DNA of 62,955 nucleotides, filler included, from Syncephalis fuscata S228 (Eukaryota; Fungi; Zoopagomycota): the NCBI GenBank assembly GCA_025786725.1. It is 4 parts of 4 records of this genome, joined end to end, with 100 filler letters (N's around TTAATTAATTAA, not from the genome) between each part and the next. Parts side by side here need not be neighbours in the genome. Positions count along the whole stretch, not along the records: positions 1 to 16,863 come from JAHLTZ010000197.1; 3 more parts are not named here. One strand, written 5' to 3'. The notes below the pieces were generated by a model. The model saw only the letters and a list, made by a program, of their open reading frames with translations, did not search any database and was not told the DNA's origin. A program made the position numbers and the translations under genes. This document shows positions 1-12,152 of the stretch, piece after piece; within the stretch, counting starts at the first letter, position 1, and every line of letters starts with the position of its first letter.

Positions 1-672
1 CGCCATTGCCACATTTATTATATACATCTCTAATAGCAAATCGTGTGTTAAAACACTTATGATTTAAAATAACATACACGATCAACAGTAGTTTAAATAT
101 GTCAAGTTAGTCAAGTTGTAAATATAAAATTTAACACTGTTGATACAAAATAAAAAAATACTTGATCACAGTCTACTACTATGGATCAGTAACGTGTATG
201 GAAAATCATAATTTGAAAACAATCTGAATTTTAATGTAAATCAGGCGATAGTTTAAGAACAGTTTATTTGAACATAACAAATGGTATATCCAAACGAAAC
301 ACTAAATTGTCAATGACCCGATCCAAATTACACACTCAGTTTAGCACTGCGCTACAATCTCCTTGTATAATTTCATCATGTAATTGTTGCTTAGTCTAGA
401 GTACATGAAATGTATATATATATATTGCGCAAGTATTCCTTGCTATTTTCACCTAAAAATTAACTTATTATGATTAAAAGCAAAAGTGTAGCAAAGTAGC
501 TAGTATAGTAATTAGTCATAACTCTACTTTTTTGTTGTAAAAGCAATACTGTTAATGAATTAGTAAAATAGTGCTAAACAAAATCTGCAACCAGCAGATA
601 CGGCAATGCCGTTGCGGTTATTTGAAGGTACAAAATGTATAATAAAATGAAGAAAAAATGTTACGAATGTTC

Positions 673-1372
673 ATAAATATTGGTTAAAAAAATTAGTAAC
701 GGTCATTAAAAATGATCATTGTTATTATGTTGTTTAAAATCGATAAACTCCAAGGTAAATTAGCTTTTTCAAAACCGATCCGATATAATACCACTCAATT
801 GTAGACTATCAAAAATATATTTGAAATTCAAAACAGCAGCCAAGTCGCAATGCCACAATCTTGCACCTGTAAAAAGTTTCATAAGTTTTCTTACAATTTT
901 GGTTTGTGCGCCTACAAACAATCTAGATGTTAAAATAAAATATTCATTTGTATTCAGTCTATAGATTATAGTACCTTAGGAGGCCATGACACTTTACTTT
1001 TGGGTGATTGCGACGCTGATACAGACGTGGATTATCGATTATTTTAAATGTTTCTAAACTTAGAGCTTGACAAGTAGGACGGGTTTAGAGCTGTTATACT
1101 CATCAATTAAAAGCACATTAAGACCGCTCTTTTGAAGCATACGCTTCAAGTCAGCACTTCAAATAGCTTCTTGAAACTTTACATGACTTACAGTCCAGTT
1201 ACCAAATATCAAAGTAGCATCACTATCAAACTTGGATTTAAACTTATTGGCAAGCTTTTGATCAGCTTGCTGTCGTCTAATGTACGAAGATGGTTTTAGT
1301 TTTCTGAACAGCCAGTTTTATTTGATAGAATGTATATTTGTTTGATAGGCGTAATATGGTGCAAGATATTGG
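673..1372 (-). mobile_element. Inverted 700-bp duplicate of the 3' part of a decayed Fanzor1 (TnpB-like) gene
   Basis: Reverse complement of 4215-4914; same length, one mismatch seen (at ~1348); carries the same stop codons, frameshifts and intron. Confidence 0.85.
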
Positions 1373-2099
1373 TTAAATAAAATTTTTATTATGTTTATAT
1401 GTTAAAACATGCATTTAATTTCATTAATTATAACTTTATTGTAATAGCATTTGAAATAATCAAAGCCACTCGCTTAATTTATATTATTGCTCTTTATTAT
1501 ATCCATTGCTATTTAACAAGCATAGAAATGACATGTAACAATCTATATATATTTTAATACATTTAATATATATACAACGATTGTTAAACTATATATATAT
1601 ATATATTGGTGTATAATGTCATGTTTAGCTAGTTTGATAAAACTATATAAAAGTAATGATGGTTAATTAATGAAGAGGTAACAGCACATGATAGTTACTA
1701 GAATGAAGAATTTAAACAAGCAAAAATTGAATTATTAGTGGCTTCTATTTAACTACTGCATTACTGTTAGTATTATTATAAACACATGCTTTAAACATCA
1801 TATTTGATAATCTAAAATGGTATCTAAAACATGCTATTATTCTTTTATAAAATCATGTCATCTGAATTTGAAAGTGGTCGCCAAGCATTTATTAAAATGT
1901 TTATACCCCATTTACAACGTCTTTTTATTTGCTTTTTGTCAACACCTTTTTATTCAATTGATTTATGCAATTATTTTTAATACAGCAGTTAATTATCATT
2001 ATGATAGCAAGACAAGCGCAAAATTAGTTAATTCTCACAGTGTTGCTACTTTGTTCAACATGACACTTTGCTGTAGACAGTGTCAAACCATATGATAAA

Positions 2100-3840
2100 G
2101 ATTTTCATAAAACACCCAACTTTGAACGCCCTCATATTAGTTCCAAAATCACCGGCAAACAAGTTTATGTAACACCTTACTATGTGTCCACCGGTGTTGA
2201 AGCATTTCATGCCATGGGCTTTAAAGGAAAAGAAGTGAAACTTGGGATTATTGATACTGGTATTAATTTAAACACTGCTGCATTTAAAGAAAATTATAAA
2301 TATTATCGCAACCTTGAGTCTTGATTATAGCAAAACTGTAGGTCCAGTTAAATGCGATAATCGTGGCGTAAGTCTAACCGGAATTGCTGTTGCAAAACTA
2401 ATTATTTTACTGGAGTTGCACCTGAGGCGACACTTGGCACCTATCGCATATTTTACTGCAAAGGTCGAACTTCAACTTCATTGGTATTGCAAGCTATAAT
2501 AGCTGCAACCAAGGATCAAACAAAAAATCTATTACCGGAAAACATTGATATAGATAAAAAACCACGAAGCTAAGACAAGCAATAAAAGATGCCGCAAGAC
2601 AAGGTGTGATTATAATTATTGCGGCAACACCACATAATTTTCAGTATCAAGCATATCTTTCATACAAAAACCTTCCTGTACTGAGCGTTGGTGGTGCCAA
2701 ACAAGAATATCATTTATCGCATTGGTTTGAAAAAAAAACAGCCGGACATTGTATTCAGTTTACGTCTACATGTTTAAATATGAAATACAACTTTAGCAAA
2801 AAAATAAATATCATTCTTACCAATCCTGAAAACACCTTGAATGAACATTGTGACAAGTTTAAAAAAGAAGGTATTGAGCTTGTTTGGTATAATAGCACAA
2901 ATATGTTTTATTTGTTAAAGCATGCTAAAAACAACTGGAATGGCTGGGCTTATCATTGTAAACGGCCCTTCTAAAAAAAGAATGCGATGTGCCTTTATTC
3001 AGTATTAAAGAAGTTGATGCTTTATTTATAAAAAAGATTATAGAAATAAGCTTGGATACAAATACATTTTTGCAGGCAAATATGTCTACATTGAAAATGG
3101 CAATCTCGCTGTTGATACAGCTGAGCCGCAGAATTAACCTTTCATGTTGCCTTCCTATTCCGACATTTTGACTCTAAGCCACAAAATCTACACTACCGCT
3201 ACTAATTTACAAATAAGTAAACGTCATTTTAACGATATCTCGGCTGCTGTTGCTTATGTCGCTGGTGCAGCTGCATTAACAGTTGCACTTAATCGATACA
3301 GTTCAATCGATGTTAACTCTATAAAAACTATATTGCAAAACAATGCAATTCCAATTAAAAACAACAATCTAAATGAGTACTCTTTTGTAAAAGATTAAGG
3401 TGCTGGCATGATTAATCTTAGCAAATTAGTAAATGCTAAAAACATTTGTGTTGAGCCGTCTTTAATTGATTTAGGAATGACTCATGGCAACAGCAAATGC
3501 ATCAATCAAATTTCATCTCTATCATCCACATTATTATCGTATAAGCTTTCACATTTTTTTCAGCTGCTGGGGCTTTAATACAGAGGATGGTTAATACTGG
3601 TACATCATCAAAACTATCTAAAATTACAACCGTTTCACTCCAGATTTAATCACTTTACAGCCTTATCAAAAAGACGAGATTATTATAAAAATTAGTACAC
3701 CGACGGATATACAAAAGCATGAAATATAGTCATATTCCGAGTATATTATACTTGATCCTAATTCAGGAGCCAATGGGTCGCCATCAAATCATGCTGTTTA
3801 TGTTCCGTATCAAGGAACATTTAAAGACCAGACAAATTAG
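2100..3840 (+). pseudogene. Degenerate S8 subtilisin-like protease gene (frameshifts, stops; 5' boundary approximate)
   Basis: Cross-frame translation gives GFKGKEVKLGIIDTGIN (Asp motif), CDNRGVSLTGIAVAK (His motif, His lost), FTGVAPEATLGTYRIF, DISAAVAYVAGAAAL (degenerate GTSMA region), *GAGMINL and C-terminal VYVPYQG. Confidence 0.8.
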
Positions 3841-3974
3841 ATATATATTATATTTAATATTATTTTGTTCTTTTATTAAAAGCGCAGCTTTTTATAATAA
3901 ATCAGCTAATGAATTATTATACAACTTATTAATTATTCAATGTAATTCAATGGTTCAATAGTTGTATTTTTATA

Positions 3975-4818
3975 AAGTCATCTTGCTTATACGCACACTA
4001 TAACTTCAGTATCATTCAAGAGTCAATGCCCTACAGATATACTTCAAATCAAAAACATTTTGATACCGAGGCAAGAGGTATCGCATAATCAAATTGGAAT
4101 TGAAAGCAAAGTGCCCCGATGTTTAAAGAAAAAATAATTGCTGTCTTAATGTCAAACCAAATCTATTAATTTATCTAATTTTGAAAAATATCTCGCCATT
4201 CGTGTTGTTGCCAGCCAATATCTTGCACCATATTACGCTTATCAAACAAATATACATTCTATCAAATAAAACTGGCTGTTCAGAAAACTAAAACCATCTT
4301 CGTACATTAGACGACAGCAAGCTGATCAAAAGCTTGCCAATAAGTTTAAATCCAAGTTTGATAGTGATGCTACTTTGATATTTGGTAACTGGACTGTAAG
4401 TCATGTAAAGTTTCAAGAAGCTATTTGAAGTGCTGACTTGAAGCGTATGCTTCAAAAGAGCGGTCTTAATGTGCTTTTAATTGATGAGTATAACAGCTCT
4501 AAACCCGTCCTACTTGTCAAGCTCTAAGTTTAGAAACATTTAAAATAATCGATAATCCACGTCTGTATCAGCGTCGCAATCACCCAAAAGTAAAGTGTCA
4601 TGGCCTCCTAAGGTACTATAATCTATAGACTGAATACAAATGAATATTTTATTTTAACATCTAGATTGTTTGTAGGCGCACAAACCAAAATTGTAAGAAA
4701 ACTTATGAAACTTTTTACAGGTGCAAGATTGTGGCATTGCGACTTGGCTGCTGTTTTGAATTTCAAATATATTTTTGATAGTCTACAATTGAGTGGTATT
4801 ATATCGGATCGGTTTTGA
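3975..4818 (+). mobile_element. Decayed Fanzor1 (eukaryotic TnpB-family RNA-guided nuclease), C-terminal RuvC/Zn-finger half, with one intron (4613-4675)
   Basis: Translates across lesions as YRYTSNQ...FEKYLAIR...LFRKLKPSSYIRRQQADQKLA...LIFGNW...LLIDEYNSSK-(fs)-PTCQ...NPRLYQRRNHPKVKCHGLLR^RTNQNC...RLWHCDLAAVLNF...IISDRF*. This is the motif order of fungal Fanzor1 proteins; the RuvC-I DPG motif is absent. Confidence 0.85.
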
Positions 4819-6326
4819 AAAAGCTAATTTACCTTGGAGTTTATCGATTTTAAACAACATAATAACAATGATCATTTTTAATGACCGTTACTAATTTTTT
4901 TAACCAATATTTATAAAAAATTAATACTGCATTATCTTTAATACACTTTAATTGTACATATTAGCAAGCACTTGCCATTATTTAACAATCATACTAGCCA
5001 ATAAACAATTTTATTTACATGTATATCATTGAAACAAGTACTCACAGATTTATTATTGCTCGTGACTGCCAATTGTTTTCTTTTGCCCAATTCTTATCGC
5101 CGTCTTTCAGTTTTACAATCCACAATATAACTTCTTGCCTATTATGTATAGCATTATACTTACTTGCGGTCAATCTTGTGCAAACTTGGTTTTTGGCCTT
5201 ATTTCACCACTACCCCTTATTCTTGTATCCCCCATCGGATTACAGCCGCCTGCAGCAACAGCCAGATCGATACTTGAGTAAGGAGACAGGTAAGATGTTA
5301 ATGCAAATGGCACTTACACTACCGCAGCAAATAGCCATAAATTATACTTTCTAAATATTTAGTACTATAATTAATACATTCAGCCATCTTTATGGTTTAA
5401 AATGCTTTTATGTAGGTACGTACATATGTGTATACATACATGATAACGTACCAATGACAAGTATTAATTTGGCAATAGGCCACTCACGTCGTGCGCCTAC
5501 TTGCATCATTACCTGCTTATTTTTCAAGTTATTAGCTTGGCAAAAAGTATTATTAATGGCGTGTTATGGCTAGCATAATGATTATAAGCCATTCAATATT
5601 TGCTATTCATAATAAACAACACTATTAACAAAGCAACAAAAGCATTTTTATTATTATTATTAGTAGTAGTATTAGTAGTAGTAGTAGTAGTAAATAAACA
5701 GTATTCAATAGGCTTTTGCAGAGGCTTTGGTCATACGACCTTTTTTATAGCCACACGCAACAAGTTTTCGATCACTGCACCTCTCAAGCGTTTTCATCCT
5801 CCGCCAACTGTCTTTTGTCGAATTCTTCTTCCGCTTTTCTTTACCGCCATCGTTGTTCGTCACCGAGTCGCTTTCCTTGAAATAGTTGGTTTACCATTCG
5901 TTTCTGGTTGGATAATTAAGCACGCAACGTGGTTTCTAGTCTTTATTAATACAGTTTATTTATTACTATTGACTCATCAGGCATTACGCCGTTATTTGGC
6001 CGTCAATACACCCACTCTTCTACTCGCTCTCTCTCTCTATTTCTCTCTCTATTTCTTCTCCTAATCTAATATTTCAAAAGCAACTGAATGTGGTACGAAT
6101 CTATCTAAACTGGTTCGATAGAAGAGGCTTATCTATTGTCTGGGCCTGCGAAGTGTCCCATTGATATCCTGTCCCTTATTAGTCATCCTGCGCAAGTCAT
6201 CTGTGTCCCAACGTATACTTTTGTAGAATCTCCTTTATATCTAATACTAAACAACTCCATAGTCTACACGTATATAGCTACTGGTAGTCTTTAATCTTTT
6301 CTTTATTCATTGACCTTGCCGTATCA

Positions 6327-7796
6327 ATGGATTTACTAGTGGAGCTGGCAGGGTCAGATCCTGATCTCAACGGCCCAGTAGCATTGCCATTGTTTATTGT
6401 ATGGACGGTAGCTACGCTGGTGTCCATCTACTATCGGCGACGCTATGGCCCAAATATAGGCTATTATAGCGCACTAGCCATGGCCGCCTTTACCATGGCC
6501 ATTTTTCACTTTGTTTTATTTTTAACATCCCATAGGATACCATCAGTAGCCATGGCACGCCAAGTGGTGACTGCTCTTGGCACTCTACTGCTCTGCTGGA
6601 TATTGATTGCTGTGCTTAATAGCTGGAGCGAGTCCAGACGTGTTATGCGTATACGTCCCGAGGCCGTTAGTCCTATTTACCAAGCCAATGGAAAAATCAG
6701 CGATCGACCACCAAGATTACCAAAGCTTTCGTTCTTATCCACGCCTATGAATGAATTAGAAGTAATTCATCCACCGACTCAGCGTCTTTCTCAGCTTATA
6801 CCTGAAGCTACTGCACCTTATCGTGTTACATCCTCAGACACTGAGACATTCCCAGCCTACCAGCCACACTATTCGCAGCCTCGATTCCGTCACTTTACAG
6901 CGGCCCTTCAAGTAGCCAATACAACATCATTTGTCGCAGCTATCACTGGTCGTCTCGTGGCCATATTCACCCAAAAACCGGATATTGAGCTACCATTTGT
7001 TATTATAGCTTGCATTTTCAACGGACTACTTTTAGCCGCTATTCTTGCGTCTTCAGCGTTGTTTTGGCGGGCTAGTCGTGAAATGAGCCTATTAACACGC
7101 CGCCCCTTAATAATCTTGTTTCTTTTAACACTACTACTAATTCCACGCTGTATTTCTCTTGGACTTCGTTCACTGGACATTGGCTGGTATCTTGGTTCGG
7201 AAGTATTTACAGCAATCTGGCTATTTATTGCTTTATGGCCAGGCATGTTAAAAACAGTGACTGAATTCAACAGCCAGGAGGACAACACTTTAGAACGGCG
7301 CGGTCTAGTGCGTGTAGACCAGTTTTCTACCATCGACACAACATCCAAAGATTTTGAACCCATTAGATTTTCTACACGAAGTATAATAGACGGTACAGAT
7401 ACTGGATCACCAATCGATCTACCAACACCTGTATCACCGCGATTTAATGTCACGTCACGACTAGCCCGTACACAGTCGATGCTCTATGATGCACGACGTA
7501 CATCATTTGCTAGTCTAAAACGTGTCTATAGTATGGCAGTACCATCAGTATTTACCGATGAATCAGTCGAAGACGATGTCAAACCAGAAGAACAATTAAT
7601 GAAAGAGCGTAAACGGTGGACAATTAATATGGACATAACACAAGGCGAAAGCTTGATAGATATGTTGCAACGCGACTTGGATATAGTTATAGATAAAGAT
7701 AAGATGAAGACAGAATCGTCGGTACAACGACCGCCCACTGCAGCAAAAAGAACAAAGTCCAGAACCAGAACTAAATCAAGAACTATACGCGTTTAA
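6327..7796 (+). CDS. Multi-pass membrane protein with a long cytoplasmic tail (possible additional 5' exon)
   Basis: 489-aa ORF with about 7 hydrophobic segments and a Ser/Thr-rich tail; the frame is open upstream to a TAG that could be a splice acceptor. Confidence 0.7.
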   Translation: MDLLVELAGSDPDLNGPVALPLFIVWTVATLVSIYYRRRYGPNIGYYSALAMAAFTMAIFHFVLFLTSHRIPSVAMARQVVTALGTLLLCWILIAVLNSWSESRRVMRIRPEAVSPIYQANGKISDRPPRLPKLSFLSTPMNELEVIHPPTQRLSQLIPEATAPYRVTSSDTETFPAYQPHYSQPRFRHFTAALQVANTTSFVAAITGRLVAIFTQKPDIELPFVIIACIFNGLLLAAILASSALFWRASREMSLLTRRPLIILFLLTLLLIPRCISLGLRSLDIGWYLGSEVFTAIWLFIALWPGMLKTVTEFNSQEDNTLERRGLVRVDQFSTIDTTSKDFEPIRFSTRSIIDGTDTGSPIDLPTPVSPRFNVTSRLARTQSMLYDARRTSFASLKRVYSMAVPSVFTDESVEDDVKPEEQLMKERKRWTINMDITQGESLIDMLQRDLDIVIDKDKMKTESSVQRPPTAAKRTKSRTRTKSRTIRV

Positions 7797-7836
7797 TTGA
7801 AGATTTCATTTATTTCAAATTAATAAACCTTTAAAA

Positions 7837-8460
7837 TCAATGGCATTTATTAGCCGATAAAAGTGCTTGAAGTGTTTTGTTCATATCACCATTGTATAAG
7901 CATAATTTCTGTTCAGCTACTGGCCGGGTCAATTCAAATTCGTTCATCTATACAGCACATATTATGAATACGCAGTATTAATAGCCATACCATTTACTTA
8001 CTATAAATTCAACCGCGCTATCTTCAAGTGTTTGCTTATTTACTTCCACTTGACTATATCAATTAAGCGTTATTTATAATTAGTTAAATAATCACCTATC
8101 TAGTTTCTTATTTACCTTTGCATACGTGCGGCTTTACGTTCACGTTCTGTATTGCGAACATCTTTTAAAGCCTACACATACACATACACATATAGATTGT
8201 ATGGTTAGTAAGTGAATCCGTCATAGCCTTACACTTCTTTAACCTACCTTTTCGGTCTTTGACAGTTCGAGCTCGCCCGATTGCATGTCAGCCAATAAAC
8301 TGACCATATCGCCCATATCTTTGGTGGCTTGCGCGCCATGTCCCTTCTGTTCAACCTCTTGCTCATCAGCCTGCACCGATTGATCTGCAGTAGAGGCTGC
8401 TTCGGGAGCAGCAGCTGCTGGCGGTGCAGTTGATTTCTTAGACTTGGATTTTCGAGACAT
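7837..8460 (-). CDS. HYPK-like (NAC/UBA-like) protein, multi-exon
   Basis: Starts MSRKSKSKK; last exon MNEFELTRPVAEQKLCLYNGDMNKTLQALL resembles the HYPK C-terminal UBA-like domain; GT-AG introns. Confidence 0.7.
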
Positions 8461-8533
8461 AATCAAAAAGAACAAAATAAAACAAATACTTGATAGTTCA
8501 ATTTTCTGACTAGTGTCTTTTCTCTCTTTAATT

Positions 8534-10380
8534 ATGCCTACTCCAAAAAAGCAACCTTCTAAAAGTAAAACAACTCCTAGAAGACGAGGCCGACCACCAG
8601 CAACTAAGCAAGATGAATTACCACTCACTGGCCCGTCTATTGAAGTAGAGGATAAATCAATAACTGAACCAGCAACGTTGACAGAACAACACTTATCAGT
8701 CACCACAAGACGTAAAAGAAAATTAACCATTACTGAACATGACGAGACAGCAACTCAAAGTACAACATTAAACACTGCAGATAAAGTAATAGTGACAGAA
8801 AATGAAGATCCAGTACCGTTAAAACAATCTATTAATTCAAATCGTGGTTGTAAACGTACAAAAACCATAAAAGCTATTCAATCAATTGATAAAGAGATAG
8901 AAAAGCCGGTAACTGTACATGGTAACGAGAAAGGTAAAGGACATGGTATTCAAACTAGACGACAACGACGACAAAGCAAAGAGGCCATAGAAAGTCAATT
9001 AATAGACAGTAGTGTAGAACATATTATAAATAATGAACAGCAACCATCTAGTAAACAAGTAATTGATAAAGAAGTTATAACATCTGGTGTAAAACAGTCA
9101 ACTAAAACTATACGTAAAAGAGGACGTCAATTAACACAAGACACAGTTGTAGAAGAAGAAGAAGAGGTTATAAAAGATAACAACAATAATAATAACAATA
9201 ATAATAATAATAATAATAAGTCTATTACATCATTAGTTAATAATAAGCGTGGTCGTAAACAGCAATCTACAACAATTGATAATAGTATTACAAATATTAC
9301 TATATCCAATGAAGAAAATGATAACAATAACAACAACAACATTGATAGTATCAATACTGATACTGTTAATAATAATAAACAAAATACATTTATTACAGCA
9401 CCAATTCAATCTTCAGTAGGAATAGGACCAAATTATCCCATATTATTACCAGCACCATTACCATTGTCGGTATGGTCACCGGAAACATATAAAGAAGTTG
9501 ATTATTTCTCACGCGATCTACCAGTCCATAGTGTACAACATACAGATCCATTTCGTTTCCGTAAGTAATTATTAGTAAATAAGCAATATAGATATAAATA
9601 TATTCATATAAATTATAGGTAATCTGGCTCATGGTATACGTAAAATGAGCCTATATGGATCAACTGAACAGCGACAGGCCGCCATGTTAGCCTATAAATC
9701 GGTAAGTTATCTATTTATAATAAATATAGAGTAGTAACTATACGCCAATGAATAGATTATAGAGACGCTGGCTACAGATATTGCCGGTAAGTCTGTGATG
9801 TTTATAGACTACCTTATTAATATACTGTATAATAAATATAGAGGATGATCCAGAAAAAGAAACACTAAAGCGTATTTACGCCTTTCTAAGTTGGACATTT
9901 GAACCACATGCTTTTAAAAAAGAAGCAGGTCTACCTATGCCTATGCTTATTGATGATGGTAAATATTAGTATTGATATTATGAATTACCAATTAACTAAT
10001 TAATCAATATAATAGATATAAAACTATTACAAGTATTGTTATTACAAATTAATGCTGAATTACATCATACTGATATGGATGTACAACGACGTCAATTATA
10101 TCGACAATTGAATCGAGTCCAACTAGATCCAACTACCAAACGATTGGTGGATTTAAGTCGACGGAAAGAGGATAATTTCTTACCTCAAGTGGCTAATCCA
10201 CTAGGTATTTACGAACAATCTAAGCGGAAATTAGACACATCAATGACACAGACATCGCATAAAAGTACGGAAACATCAACAACAGCATTAAATCAAGGTA
10301 CAATTGAATTAGAAAATAATAATTTAATTAAAAGCGATGTTGACACGGATGACGACAATAATAGTGATGATTCTATGTAA
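8534..10380 (+). CDS. Low-complexity putative nuclear protein with AT-hook-like motif, multi-exon
   Basis: MPTPKK...RRRGRPP, long Asn/Thr-rich exon, several short GT-AG introns, helical C-terminal exon ending TAA at 10380. Confidence 0.65.
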
Positions 10381-10462
10381 TATAATATAATATAATAAAT
10401 TTATTGTTACCATTATTATTAATACTGTTACTTTATTACTTTAATACGATTATTATAACTAG

Positions 10463-11938
10463 CTATCTACGACGACGATCGTGATATCTATCATTATCGT
10501 CGTGTTCTCTTCGGTTTCGATGTCGATTAGACGATGGACTACGTTCACGACTATTACGACGACGAGCATGATGTTGATGATGACGCGGTTCATGTTCATA
10601 AGACCGTGGCCGTTGATAATGATGACTTGACTCCGATCGGCCAAAATGATGATGATCTCTTTTATCTTTTGACTTTTGTAGTTGATGTTGTTGATCGCGG
10701 TCATTCGACGTCACTTTATGTTCATTATCTTCTCTTGGTGTTGCCTTAACTGTTCTACCATCGGCATGCTCAAATACCATTTCGTATTGATCGGCATCTT
10801 GTCGACCTTGTCGTTTCATAGCCAATCCTTTTCCGACATCGTCACCGGCGGCTCGTGCTCGACGTGCATTGGTCCAATCGCCGTGTAGTTTACTTACAGA
10901 TTGTGAAAAGTCCACTTTAATACGTCGATCATCCACGAGTACATTATCCATTTTAAAATACGCTTCTTCAGCGTGTTCACGCTCTTCAAATTCCACAAAT
11001 GCATAGCATAGCGATTCATTAGTGCGACGGTCACGAATGACTTCACACGATGATATGGCGCCGAATCGAGAGAATATTAATTCTAAATCTTCATCTTGCG
11101 TAACTGGATTCAATTTACATATAAATAGTACGTTTTCCGGCGGCTTAATATCGGCAAATGGCAAATCACCGACCATTTCAAGGGTAAGTGCGCGGGCCTG
11201 TGCTTCACGTTGTCGTTGACGTGCTAATAACTCCTCTGGTCCCATACCTTCAGGATCATCAATCGATTCATCTTCGCCGAGTCTAACTGTAGCCAGTTGT
11301 TCGGCAGTTGGCATAGGCGATGCATCTGGTACACTAAGACCATGAGGATCGGGAAATGGATCATCCAGTATAATGGTATGTCTAATACGAATATCTCGAA
11401 ACGGCTGATGATTATCGTCGCATTGAGCGTCATTAATAAGATCGAGTACTTCAAAGCCTTCAACGATATGACCAAATACTGTGTAGCGGCCATCAAGATA
11501 GTCAAGTTCATCGCCCAGTGTAATAAAGAACTGTGAGCCACTAAGTGCTAATGAAGTGCTTGTATCGCTAGTTTTATCGGCTGTTGTTGTTGTCGTCGTA
11601 TTAGTTGAATTATGTTCAGTGGCTACAACAGCCATAGAGACAGTGCCTCGCTTTTTATGTTTAAGTTTTGGATGTATCTCGGCTGGAAAGTAGCGCTTTG
11701 CTGCTCGTTCCTCTGTTGACAGTCCTTCTAATAGACTGAATACGCTTTCACCGCCCTTGCCACTTCCTGTAGGATCGCCAGTTTGAGCGGCAAAATCCTT
11801 TTCAACGCAAAACATTGAACAAAAGTTGTAGTATTTAATCTTGCATAGTTTTAAAAAGTTAAGGCAAGTACGTGGACAACGATCTACTTCGAGATCTATA
11901 ACCAAATCGCCTAAAGATGTTTCAAGTAGAACGCTCAT
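10463..11938 (-). CDS. PPIL4: Cyclophilin-RRM protein PPIL4/Rct1
   Basis: [69 protein letters not shown]-rich tail. Confidence 0.95.
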   Translation of the reverse strand: MSVLLETSLGDLVIDLEVDRCPRTCLNFLKLCKIKYYNFCSMFCVEKDFAAQTGDPTGSGKGGESVFSLLEGLSTEERAAKRYFPAEIHPKLKHKKRGTVSMAVVATEHNSTNTTTTTTADKTSDTSTSLALSGSQFFITLGDELDYLDGRYTVFGHIVEGFEVLDLINDAQCDDNHQPFRDIRIRHTIILDDPFPDPHGLSVPDASPMPTAEQLATVRLGEDESIDDPEGMGPEELLARQRQREAQARALTLEMVGDLPFADIKPPENVLFICKLNPVTQDEDLELIFSRFGAISSCEVIRDRRTNESLCYAFVEFEEREHAEEAYFKMDNVLVDDRRIKVDFSQSVSKLHGDWTNARRARAAGDDVGKGLAMKRQGRQDADQYEMVFEHADGRTVKATPREDNEHKVTSNDRDQQHQLQKSKDKRDHHHFGRSESSHHYQRPRSYEHEPRHHQHHARRRNSRERSPSSNRHRNRREHDDNDRYHDRRRR

Positions 11939-11998
11939 AATGGAATAAAGACAAATACAGAATAATAATAATAATAACAATTGTAATTGATGTTTACA

Positions 11999-12004
11999 AC
12001 GCGT
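11999..12004. promoter_or_regulatory. MCB-like element (ACGCGT) in the divergent PPIL4/NUF2 promoter
   Basis: A single ACGCGT about 150 bp upstream of the NUF2 ATG in otherwise very AT-rich DNA. Confidence 0.3.
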
Positions 12005-12152
12005 ATTAATTGGTTTATTTTTCTTTTCTATTTCAACTTTCTAAGCCACTTTCTTATTGTTCTTTATTAGTGACACTATTCACTATAAACAATATTGATA
12101 CTGGTTTATTGCACTTCAGAACAAAAGGTTTCTGTTTATTTACTTATTCAGT

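Noticed and set aside
673-4914. Intact composite or TIR transposon carrying a protease cargo
   Set aside because: The arms are internal Fanzor gene fragments, no transposase or target-site duplication is visible, and junction microhomology fits a local inverted duplication better.
5000-5350. Possible small spliced gene on the minus strand, and the 111-aa plus-strand ORF
   Set aside because: No consistent start, splice and stop model, and no recognisable homology.
5600-6064. 154-aa hydrophobic ORF
   Set aside because: Non-ATG start and built from TTA/GTA and CT microsatellites; more likely the promoter/5' UTR of the downstream membrane-protein gene.
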